A stretch of DNA of 64,000 nt from Mobula birostris (lineage: Eukaryota): assembly GCF_030028105.1 (NCBI RefSeq), contig NC_092379.1, positions 26,405,821 through 26,469,820 of the forward strand, in the 5' to 3' direction. The notes beneath the pieces are model-generated. The model did not search any database and was not told the origin of the DNA. It saw only the letters and a program-made list of their open reading frames with translations. The position numbers and the translations under genes are program-made. Below, piece by piece: positions 49,232-60,900 of the stretch; the stretch's first letter is position 1, and each line of letters starts with the position of its first letter.

Positions 49232-50079
49232 TTGGGGTCAAAATTTCAATTCGAGAATGCATTAGCAATTTTTAAGGAAACCAAGAGTTTGCGAAGTTTT
49301 ATTCCTGGGTCAAATAACGAGTAAGACTATGGTACATGGAATAACATATGAAAAAAAAAAACGCGACGTCAGTTACTGCAGAAGGAACATTGAAAACAAA
49401 ATTGTAATTTAGTTTGAAAGGAATTTAGACATATGGCAGTGTAATTGACCTCAGAGCCAGCCGTCAAACTCAAATTACTCCATCAGAAACAACAAGGAAT
49501 TAGGAAAATATTATGAAGTAGAGACCTGAATTGGAAGAAAGTTGGGTAACATCAAGTCAGCATTAAAAGGTGCTCACGGGATAATTCCACCGATTTTATT
49601 CACAACATTTAGAAAAAAATATGGAAAAATAGAAAACAAATCGTCAGGTTATCCTATGCGAAAAAACTGTATCATGTTCATACAGAAAGTGGAAAGTTGC
49701 AATTATTCCCAAAAAGTTGAGAAAATATGTACAACATACATGATATAGATACATGATATATACATCAAAATATACGATAGGAGGTTACAGAAACATACTG
49801 ACTGGTGTTGTTCTTGAGAGTGGATTTGCTGGAAAGTGTTTGTTCTCGTTTTGCATCTTGTTCTACGGAAAATATCACTTTAAAAAGAACATTGTTTTGA
49901 TTTCCAACAAATAAACGAGCGAGAACTTATCCATCCATGGGCCTATGCCTATTTACGCCAGAGACATGTGGAGGCACAGTCCTTAAAATTACATTGAGTT
50001 CGTAATCTGGTCATTTATTTCAGCTTTAATCCGTCCAAGATGCATGGGTCAGAAAAGGAGAGGGAGTTAGGGATAAGAT

Positions 50080-50394
50080 GGCATGGCACAAATTTTTATT
50101 TAACAATGTACCAGAAGTGACAGGCCTATTCGCCTGACATTGCCGTCATTTGTCATCTCAATGCAGTCAAAGAAAGACCAGTTTTGGAGATAGTCTGAGA
50201 AAGAAGTCCAAGAACGTCACTGAATACCGGCAGTTTTATGAAATGTAGGTGTTTCGGTCAATTTGAGTGGAAGACCGGAATGTGCAAATGTATAAAGCAA
50301 CGATTAGATAGGATATAGTCTGCTCCCGATAATTACTCGTCTGCTCTGTCCATGCTCCGGGACTTGCTTCATTCAATACCAGCTCTGAGTCCAA
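50080..50394 (-). pseudogene. Tentative decayed V relic
   Basis: Good acceptor TTGTCTCTTCTACAG; TGT GCC ATG (CAM) 307 nt downstream; no RSS. Confidence 0.35.
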
Positions 50395-50947
50395 CTGTAG
50401 AAGAGACAATTTCACCGGGCACTCTCCCACCATGAATTACAGAACGACCTCAACAGATAAGTTGGAAAGCAAAATAGTTAAAATGATTAAACACAATTAA
50501 CTCTGCAAAATAACTTCTTGGTTCAATACAACAAATGCAGAGAACCGAGAGGCCTTTATTGCTTGAAAATGCCAATGAAAATGTAAACTCTCGGTTAAAT
50601 ATAGCTCTTCTACTAACCTTTCCAATAAGCTCTTATTACGATGTTTCACTTAACTCACTGGGTTATGAGACCACGTACGCTGCAATTGAAATGGGACCCG
50701 CATTATTTTTTTTTTTTTGCATTTAATATTCGTTCTTCTAGGTCATGTGTATACCATAATATATGTATTGTTGCTCTGAAATGTGATAAAATATCATGGT
50801 TCTACTGGATTTTATCTGCTGCTGGCAAGCACCTGAAGATTGAGTTACTAAAGTTATGTGAAAGAGCTAATTTGCCTCCGAGAGCACGCATTCGACACAA
50901 GTGAATAATTTCACATTTCGCTTATAACTGCATGGGCATGCACATTC

Positions 50948-51260
50948 AACATAGCACATAGAACATATAAAACTACAGCACATTACAGGATTTTCGGTTC
51001 ACAATGTTGTGCTGAACATATACTCTACTCTAGACACGTCCTAGAATGTCTGTAGCGCATAGACATATATATTTTCTAAGCTCTATGTACCTATCTGAGG
51101 GTATTAAAACCTTATTGGATGCGCTTCCACCACCGCCGTCAGCACTGCATTCCGCGCACCCACAACTCTGTGTGTGAAAAACGTACCCCTGACATCCCTT
51201 CAGTACCTATTTCCAAGCTAGTTAACACAATGCCCCCTCGTTTTAGCCATTTAGCCCTGG
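50948..51260 (-). mobile_element. CR1 3'-end fragment (paralog of 43512-43820)
   Basis: CATAGAACATA tail and the same body sequence. Confidence 0.7.
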
Positions 51261-51824
51261 TGGGGGTAGGGCGTGGGAGCCTCTGGCTATACACACGGTA
51301 ACTGCCGCTCATGATCATCTGCAACACTGCTCTGATATTCCTGATTTAGATTCTTCGATGTACAGCAACTACGAGACATTCTGAAGAACTCTTATGATTG
51401 GACACGCACGGCTGATCCCGGATGTCAAAAACTTACAAAAGGTGGTGATTGGGCGAAAATAATTCCCCTGCCAAGTTTCTTTTAGAATGGTAAATTTCAC
51501 ATTCAGTTTGATGTGATTGAATGTGAAAGATTGCAAATGAATTTCTCTCGTTTCTCTGGTGCAAAGAAAAACAGAATGCTGTGTGCACATCGATTCATAT
51601 AGCACATGTGGAGGCAGATTTTCTTTTACATGCCGTATTTAGCAGCAGCTTCCTTCACCAAACCCTGCTTCGCTAAATATTCCAGCATTTTTTTTTTCTT
51701 TTCTGCTAGAATTTTCCATGGATTTGTTGGTAATTACGCTTTAATTTACTCGGTCAAATTAAAGCTCGATGCTTCACATGCAGTGCAGTTGTCCGCATTT
51801 CTTTCTTGCCGAGAACAGTTTTGC

Positions 51825-52111
51825 CATTGTGATGCAGAGACACATGACCGAGGTGGAGAAAACAACTTCGGAAGTACTTAAATTAACCTGAGAACTCCGG
51901 GGAATCAATATTTTAATCGGACGACTGATGTGCATAACCGGGACTTATCACTTCAGTAGATATCCAAGCGTTTCTCCGGTACACTGTGGGTATGAGGAAG
52001 TGACAGCTGCATTAAGCATTGCACCATAATTAAAGTTCACTTCTATATTGTTTCCCAACAGAACTATTATCTCTGATATTCCCTGGGAGACAAACCATTC
52101 GCCAGGGGTTC
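51825..52111 (-). pseudogene. Decayed TCR V pseudogene
   Basis: Acceptor TTTTTAGTCTCTGTAG, phase 1: GTPGEWFVSQGISEIIVLLGNNIEVNFNYGA...SSYPQCTGETLGYLLK**...SSQVNLSTSEVVFSTSVMCLC, followed by CACAATG. First Cys changed to Phe and Trp to Ser; nonamer not recognisable. Confidence 0.6.
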
Positions 52112-52309
52112 CTACAGAGACTAAAAATAATTGTGACAGCCTGAGAGTATATCTAGGATCCTGAATCCAAGATGATAAGAAACGTACAGACACACCGTCA
52201 AGTACAGGGAGGAGTTATCAGTAAAGGATTCCAGGTGCTTGGGAACGAGAATAATAACGGAAAGATATTTTCCGGTGTTGATGTGTTTATGTGTTTATGT
52301 CTCATTACG

Positions 52310-52313
<4 letters not shown>

Positions 52314-52362
<49 letters not shown>

Positions 52363-52377
52363 CTCTCTCTCTCTCTC
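52314..52377. repeat. (TC)n microsatellite
   Basis: Direct inspection. Confidence 0.95.
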
Positions 52378-53519
52378 CCACAGACCGCACAGTCGGGCTA
52401 AATGACTACAATCAACAGGTAACCCCTGCTCTATTTTATTATACTTCCGCCCAAAGTGCTTGCTGTAGTTGAAAGGTGTCATCATTGTCATAATTGATTC
52501 TCCACATCGCTCTGCCGCATCCTGTCATGCTAAGGTGTTAGGTGTTCGAGTGATACTATCCCTCCATTCTGCGTCAAACGCTCTTTCTCTTGAAAGCTCC
52601 GTTTATGCCATATGTTCAAATAAATTGAGAATATCTGTGTCCCAAGACGAGATTTCATTCGGGCAAGAAAAGAAATATTACAGACGAACAACTATAATTA
52701 TTTTATTTCATTATAACGGAGTTCAGTTTATATAAAATGTGCATAATGCCTGTTTAAGGTAAATTACGTTCGTGGATGATGCTTACATGATTCTAAGTGA
52801 CTAGCATGCTGTTCCCAGGCTTTAAAACAAGTGTTCTTCAGTTTACTTTTTGATGTGAAGGAACTTGTCTTTGAATTTGCTTCGGTTTTACGGTTATATC
52901 CTGGGAGCAGACATAATAGGTGCATAGAAACAAAATTCGATGAACTTCTATCTAGGTCATGATATTGTAGTAATTTTCCAGAAGAAAGTTACATTAACAT
53001 AGGTTGCGGTGTAAGTTTTGTTTAAATTTGTTATTTGCTCTATTCAACTGTAGGATGAATTTTTCCTGCGTATCGGCTCGTCGCCGGAGACTCTAATGAG
53101 GAAGCATTATCCAGATATAAACAGGGACCAACCAAATTCTCACCAGTCACATCAGCTTTACAAACTCAGGTCTTCTTTGAAATATGAGACCCTATCAATG
53201 CCGGAAAGAAAGAGGCAATGGTTTATTGGAAATCGGGAAGATAGCCGATTTAGCAAGATAAGTGAGGATGCGCGATTGCAATATGGATCACCTGTTGCAA
53301 TCAGAGAATGTTCCCAGAAATCGAAATTTACTGTGTCAGCGTATGATGCGATTTGGTAACAAATGATTCTCATTTGATAAACATAGTTCGGAAATTTGCA
53401 TGTGAAATGCAGCATGAATGATATCAACATATTGGGGAATCACGACAAGTCAGTCTTACTGCTTGTCGTTCCTCAGCGAGAAACGCAGACGATCTCGCGT
53501 GAGGCATTCACTCCTGCAC

Positions 53520-55200
53520 CGATACGTCAGAATCACAGATAATATAGGAGACCCTTGTCAATAAGACTGACACGGCTGATTGACAGGTCAGACCGACCGG
53601 TGGAATGTCCCAAGGTGAGGGCTGCTACTCAACGCGATCACTTCACCAGAGAGGTGACCGTTTTTCTCTTGTTACAACGGGTGGAGAAAGTAGATATTTG
53701 GAGGGGAAGTGTGAATGACAGGAAAATCTTCGGAAAATAAATCGGCGATTAATCAAACAGAGAAGAAAAGAGTTGAAGCTACGGAGCGACACAATAGGTG
53801 AACAGTCCGACGTATAGGTGAGTTTACTTTCCTGTCTGTATATCCACGGGCATACTGAATTACCAAACACGATTCCAGAAGGTTTCGTGGGACCAAGCTA
53901 TGATGAATCTATACGGACTGCACATTTTTTTTATATGTCAGAGCCATATTTGTCACAGGTTGCGCCAAGTTAGTTTGCTTTATAGATCCTGTTCCAACCG
54001 ATATTTCACGTATGTATCATTGACGCTACTCAGTGCTTTTGGGATTCGTGCGCTTACTACTGATGAGTATCCGAACGATGGTTACTTGTCGTTGAAACTG
54101 GAGTGATGAGTATCCGAACGATGGATACTTGTCGTTGAAACTGGAGTTTTCGGAAGCAGGTGATGGAGTAGCTGAGCTTATTGACAGACTCGAAACCTAT
54201 CATTTTCCGCCCTGGATGGAGCACAGAGTGACAGGAACCCCGGACCTTTCGGGAATGTCCGAGGATTAGAAACTAAGTTCAGTTGAGAAGATGCGTTTTC
54301 AACCGAGGAGTGTGATGTTAGTTAATGCAGGAGAACTTGCCTCTCGACGGCAGCAACCGAGAAATGTCTCGTCGGGTAACACCAGTGTTGATGAGAATGC
54401 TTAGCAAAGTCGTCTTAAACTGACCGAAGTAAATTCGGTAACGGAACAGAGGGAAGTAAGCCGGCAGAATCCATGAATGATCGTCAGGAAAATTCGTCCT
54501 CTTGCAGACGGGGACCGAAAGGGTGTTGGAACCTGTAGGACCAGAGAATGGAATAGAGAGGTCGCAACGAATCCAGAGGCCACCGGATTGTCTGGCATAT
54601 GTCGCAACGCGGGAACAGAGCGTTGCACCTATACTTGTGACGTATAACACTACCATCCACAAATGCATTGGATGTCCTGATATCACAAATTCGTTTGAAA
54701 ACTGTATTATTAAATGGTTTAATATGTTTCAAAGTCAGGAGGACATGACTATTGTTGGTGGGATAGGGCGTAACGCCCTGGTTAAGATATTTACTTGCAT
54801 GTTGTAGTTATTTCATTTTAGTAGTTCTGTAAAAGCAGTCTGTTTACTTTCAGCCCTATTTTGAGTTTGAACTAAAGATAAGGAGCTTTGATGTTGAACT
54901 TAGGAACGTGGTGTCAGCCAACCCACGATGGTGTAATTGGGAGAATGTTCTACAGAAGACGAAGCAGGGACATTTCGTGAGGGATTCTAGTGGGGGCGGA
55001 AGCTGGGTGAAGACAGGACGAAAGATGGCTGAGGATGCCGTCCCTGCTGCACAACGTGCTTTGTGCAAACGAAAACTTCAAGGAAGACGAGCACATACTC
55101 CCTTGTGACACCCGTTTGTACGAGATAGATTGCATGCGACATTCTTCGCATTGGCTTGTTTTCATGTTCCTATCTCGCTCTCTAATCTTTCTCCAATAGA
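53520..55200 (+). mobile_element. Heavily deleted Gypsy-type remnant
   Basis: IERSQRIQRPPDCLAYV (RRSxRxRRPPDRLxY-type pol tail) at ~54550, followed by a purine-rich GGTGGGATAGGG and a possible LTR start (C)GTAACGCCC at ~54770. Boundaries are uncertain. Confidence 0.45.
54061..54146 (+). repeat. 43-bp direct tandem duplication (1 mismatch)
   Basis: TGATGAGTATCCGAACGATGG(T/A)TACTTGTCGTTGAAACTGGAG x2. Confidence 0.92.
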
Positions 55201-55559
55201 ATTCGCAGAAGTAGTAAATGTGAAAGCCCCTGCCAAGAATTCAGGCAATGCTCTGACCAAAGTGTGTGGGATCTGCATGTGATGGATCGTAAGTAACTTC
55301 GTAGTCAAATCTTCGTTTTTATTTCCTATGGTAGGAGGACCAGTAGTATCAACGGAAACGAGTATAGTGCCTCTGACGCCAATCTTCGTGAATTGATAGA
55401 GACAGTGGTAGCTTCGGTACAGCTACGAGACATTGCAGTTCTCTACTGTTGAAACTGAATTACGACAGATGGCGTCACAGTTGCCGTGCACTCATCCGTG
55501 GAAAATGTGCATAACAAATCCTCAAACATTAGATTGCTGACGAAACCTTGCACTTCAAA

Positions 55560-55950
55560 GCCATAAATCTGCATAGAATCGTCTATCATCTCCTAGACTT
55601 AAACTTCAAAGACGGACAGCTTCCCTCTCAGAAACTGACTTGAAGACCAAAATAATAGAGCAAGAGACTGATGCGCCTAAGGCTCATCCTCACAATCGAT
55701 TTTCCATTATAATGCGTTCTCGGACCCTTACTCTTTTCCTGGAGTTTGTGCTCAATTTCTGCTTTAAATCCGTTTTCAACTTTGCCTATTAACAAGAGCG
55801 GTGGTCCGGAACTCAGCCGTCGATCGACAGGGAACATGATGGTGACAGAGACAAATTGCGCCGAATGGAGATAACATCCAATTAACAATCAAAATAGCAA
55901 ATCGAAGGTAGATAAATAAGAAACTGATCCATTGCAATATGCCCATATTT
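55560..55950 (-). pseudogene. Tentative Ig/TCR V-like relic
   Basis: Signal-like MGILQWISFLFIYLRFAILI at ~55943, then an open frame with GPPLLLI and LLYYFGLQV. Two alternative V alignments are possible; no RSS. Confidence 0.28.
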
Positions 55951-57076
55951 GTTTTTCACTTGCTCCCAAACACATGCATCCTTCGGTTTCCTGTTTGTAA
56001 GTACAATTCACAGTGTCATGGTCAACAGATGCTGAAGTCCCTGCGGTCCTACTGACCTGGATGGTTACGCAGAATTTTCGAATTTTTGGAGTAATTCAGA
56101 GCCAGACTTTCCCAGGAGGATCAGGAGATGAAGCATGCTACTCTTGTCAATCCATGAAAGTAGATAACTACATCAATTAAACAACCTACTTGATGTAGAA
56201 AGTTCCAGCTTTGATAAAGACTCAATTGTAGAAATAAGCATGGTTGCTAAATCGAAGAAAAAAGAAAAAGAACGAAGAAAGCAAGAGGAAGAAGCATAGA
56301 GCTCGATAGATCGATACACAGATGGGCAGATAGACGGATAGAAAAATAGAGAAAAAGTTTGGGGAGAAAGAGAGAGAGAGGGGGAAATATAGAGTGAGAG
56401 ATTTGGAAAAAAAAGTGAAAAATGCAAAACGAACATACTGTTGTGGAGAGAGAATGGGGATGTCTCAGTTTGATTTTCATGGTGCTTGACTCATTTTACA
56501 ATTCTGCGTGGTCCCTTTGCACTTACCATGCGATGTGATTTTCCAACTCAATTTCACCATAATCGTTTTTTTTTTACAGGGAAACTCACGGGTTTTGCAT
56601 GTTAGACAGAATATACTGACTACGCAGAAGCTCATTAACCATTGACCTGCAGACAGCCGGAAAAAAAAATAGTATTCGATTTCTCATCCATCAACAAATG
56701 AGACTTCTCAAAGCCGCACTGTATAACAAACATACCGCAGTAAACGTTGATTAACAATTCATTCAGCTTTTACTTCATGAAGTCTCGACAGTTTACTCAA
56801 ATACAAAAGTGAACACTCACCAGAAATCGATCTAAGTGTGCGTATAGGTCAATATTCTATATCCAGCATACATCCCCAACGGTTCTTCAGCACAGATCCC
56901 GACGGTAGCCCGACTTGTCAGACGAAGTTGCAGCATTCTTGACATATAACAGCAACATTTCCACTTTCCTTGCGAGCAGCAAGGTTAGCGATTTTTCCTA
57001 ATACCGTCTGGCCATACCATTCTGTGAATTAAGCGAAACATTTTTGTCTGTGTGATAGCCCTCTTTCTTCAAAGGA

Positions 57077-57390
57077 CTACAAAGCAATCTCGTTCAGGAA
57101 TCTGGTTCACCAGCACCAGTCCTTCACCATACGCCTGCTATCCAACGTGATAGATGTGCAAGGGTCAGACCACCTCCCCGTCCTATGTTATTCAGTCACA
57201 ATCCGAAGGGAATTCAACTTCTGTATGTAACTGGAAAGGAGATACTTCTTGAGGCTTGATGTTGGAAAGGTTATACACTGCCAGGTAGAGACTTACACAT
57301 TCAACTCTCATTTTCGCCAGCGGGGGGTTGTGAAAGTGAGAACTATGAAGACTGCACAGTCACGGTAAAGGGCGGAAGCTGCATATACAG
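57077..57390 (+). pseudogene. Tentative V-like relic with heptamer
   Basis: Acceptor CTCTTTCTTCAAAG then GLQS...; GIQLLY; HSTLIFAS; TGAGAACTATGAAGACT resembling TGTGCTATGAGACT, then CACAGTC and a GGAAGCTG-containing spacer. The nonamer is poor. Confidence 0.28.
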
Positions 57391-57512
57391 TAAAAGCAAT
57401 TCAATGTCGGAGTGCCAACCTCTCACTACCTTCGTCCCAGGAAACTGTTGCTGCTCGCCCTCGTGGTCTCGCCGACATTCGTATGGTTTATTTTCAGAGT
57501 AAATTATTACAT

Positions 57513-57912
57513 TGTCATGGTTCTGTTTGGTTGTTCCCCTTTAACGTTTCTTTCTGCCTGATTATGCCCTAATTTCAGCCATTAGATTTCTAATTGCAAC
57601 TAGTTTACTTAATTACGATACACCTGGTTTGCATGAGAGACTGTGAAATAAGTACGATGGAGTCACTACACAGATCGCCAGTTTGGTGGTCTATTCTTGT
57701 GTGATACTTCGTTCTCTCGTCCGTGTAGAACCGTTAGTTCTAAGTTTTGTTCCAAGTGCAGCTCTCGTTTCAAGATAGTCCCTATAGATCCCGTCTCCTC
57801 TTCAAGACTCCTCTGGTTTGCTGTTCGACGTTCACGTCTACGCCAGCACCCCCAACTCAGTCGACTTGTCGGTGTCCTGCACTTGGGTTCTCCTCAGTCG
57901 CCCGGTGCAACA
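57513..57912 (+). repeat. 5' LTR (400 bp)
   Basis: TGTCA...GCAACA, followed by GAACAAACTGGCC and the gag ATG. Confidence 0.92.
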
Positions 57913-60900
57913 GAACAAACTGGCCCACATGCACCCAGCGGACACGAATCCTCTGCAACAAGCTCTCGCCAGCCAAGGCTCCCTACTGGGACTGCACGAT
58001 CGGCTGCTCCAGGAAGTCATGGAAAACCACCATTCCCTGTTAGTAGACGTAAGAAAGGCCAGTAAACAGGTCGACCGAGTATTCGCACATTTTACCCCGT
58101 CAACTCCTGGAACTCCGTCTGAGAAGCTCAGACAGCCTATGGAGGCGAGGACTGAGGCATCAACAACACGTCCGCTAAGAGAGCCGCACATCCCTGAACC
58201 TGATCCCTACGCCGGAGATTTGGGGAAGTGCCGGCCTTTTCTGCTGCAATGCTCCTTGATGTTCGAGCAGCAGCCATCCACGTACGCCACGGACAGATCT
58301 AAAATAGCTTACATTATGGGGTTGTTACGAAGTAATGCCTTAGCTTGGGCCACTGCGATTTGGGATAATCAGCCAGAGACCTGCTCTTCCTTCCCCGCCT
58401 TCATTTCAGAAATAAGGAAGATTTTTGACCATGCCGTCCGCGGTACAGATGCCTCTAAGCGGTTACTCACCCTCCATCAATACTCACGTAAGTTTGCAGA
58501 CTACTCCGTGGAGTTCCAGACACTAGCGGCCGACTCGTGCTGGAATGATGAGGCACTCCAGGAGGTATTCCGGCAAGGACCCTGTGACAAGGTAAGGCCA
58601 ACTTGGCGGCTAGGGATGACACTAACAGCCTGGATTCACTGATCTCCCTCGCTACCAGGCTGGACAACCGACTCCGAGGACGTCAGAGGGAGAGAACCGG
58701 TCGTCCGACTCCTTTGGCCACCCCACGGCACGCATTACCATCTACTCCGAGACCTACCCTCTGTCCTCCTCCCACTCCTAGAATAGCATCCGGCCAAGCC
58801 GTTTCCACCACCCTGGGAGAGGAACAAATTCAGCTGGGACGAAGCCATCTTTCTACCTCAGAGCGACTCCGGAGATTAAGAGCACGGGATCGTTTCTATT
58901 GCCGTCATTCTGGCCATTTTCGTGCTACCTGTTCCCTTCGGCCAAAAGGGAGGGCTCACCAGTAGAAATGGGGTCCCTGGTGAGTTAGACCACATTCCCT
59001 CTATCCCCCAATCCCGGATGCAAATCCGAGCCACTGTAAGTTGCAAACAACAGTCCCTGTCCTTGTCTGCCTTGATAGACTCCGGTGCTGAGGGGAATCA
59101 GTTGGATGAAGATATAGCTTCCCAGGCCGGAATTCCTCGGAGTCGTTGAGTACCCCTCTGGAAACCCGGGCACTAGACGGAAAACTTCTGGCCCGTGTCA
59201 CTCACTGTACCCCACCACTGTCTTTGATTCTGCCTGAGAACCATCGGGAACAGGTACAATTAACTTAGTCTCCTCTTTCAAGCTCCAATAGTTCTTGGGT
59301 ACCCCTGGTTAAGCCGCTATAACCCTTACATTCATTGGTCCACCGGGAAGATAGCCAGCTGTAGTCCGTATTGTTACGCCACTTGTCTGCAGCCGGCCTT
59401 TTCCCCTGTAAAAAAAAAAAAAAAAAAAAAAAAAACACCTCGACCTCACCTGCCGTTGAACCCCCTGACTTATCCAGGGTTCCAGCGGAGTATTCCGACC
59501 TGGGACAACTGTTCAGTAAACAACGCGCCCTTTCCCTGCCACCACACCGACCATACGATTGTGTTATCAACCTTCGCCCCGGAGCTTCTCCACCCACCAG
59601 TCGGCTGCATAAATTGTCCCGGTCAGAGAGGGAAGCAATGGAGGGTTACATCAGTGAATCTCTCGCGGCGGGCATCATCTGACCCTCATCCTCCTCGGTG
59701 GGCGCAGGGTTCTTCTTTGTGTGGAAGAAGGATGGCTGTCTCCGCTCCTGCATCGACTACCAAGGCCTGAATCATATAACCATAAAGAGCAAGTGCACTC
59801 TGACCTCTGGTAAGTTCTGCGTTGGAACCACTTCTCGGAGCCACCATCTTCTCGAAGTTGGAACTACGAAGCGCCTACCATCTGGTCCGAATAAGGGAGG
59901 GGGAAGAGTGGAAGACGGCATTCAATACTCCTTTAGGCCACTTCGAGCACTTGGTCATGCCTTTTGGCCTCACCAATGCCCCCGCATTTTTTCAAACCTT
60001 GATTAACGTTGTACTAAGAGACATTATTAACCGATTGGTGTTTGTCTATCTGGATGACATCCTAATCTTTTCCAGCAATCCCAGCAACATGTTCATCATG
60101 TCTGCCAAGTCCTGCAGAGGCTGCGGGAGAATAAATTATTCGTAAAGGCAGAGAAATGCGAATTCCACGTTCCCTTGCTCAGCTTCCTAGGTTATATCAT
60201 CGAGAGCGGACAGGTGAGAGCTGATCCCGAGAAGATCCGGGCTGTGGCGGAGTGACCCAAACTCACGGATCGCAAGCAGCCCCAACGGTTTCTGTGGTTT
60301 GCGAACTTCTATCTCCGGTTTATCAGATACTACAGTCAGGTGGCGGGTCTCCTTACCCGACGTACCTCACGTGCCACACCTTTCCTTTGGAACCCCAAGG
60401 CGGTCTCAGCATTCGTGGAACTAAAGAGGCGTTTCATGTCTGCTCGGGTTCTGATTCAACCGGACTCCTCTTGTCAATTCATTGTGGAGGTTGACGCCTC
60501 CGACTCGTGGGAGTGGTAATCTCCCAACGTTCGGGCTCGGATCAGAAACTACATCCCTGTGCCGCCTTCTCTCGACGACTGTCTTCCGCTGAATGAAATC
60601 AGGACGTGGGGAACCGGGAACTACGGGCGGTCAAACTGGCGTTGGAAAAATGGAGATATCTGGTTGGAGAGGGCGGAACAACCGTTCATCGTCTGGACAG
60701 ACCATAAGAACTTTGAATATATCCAGACCGCCAAACGCCTGAATTCTCGCCAGGCCCGTTGGGCATTATTTCTTGGCCAGTTCAACTTTACCCTCAACTA
60801 TCGTCCAGGGTCCAAGGAGGGAAATCCGATGCTGTCTCCCGTCAATACGTTTCCGAGGAGGACCTTCCCAACCCCGAGATCATCCTTCCATCAGCCTGTG

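Larger units (their letters stand above)
44273..51750 (+). repeat. Tandem segmental duplication, unit B (~7.5 kb)
   Basis: Homology to unit A ends at GATTTGTT.G.AATTACGCTTTAATT.ACTC (51720-51750 vs 44250-44281). Confidence 0.92.

Noticed and set aside
53086-53340. GDS...IYC V-like reading
   Set aside because: Too short, many stops, and no clean splice acceptor or RSS.
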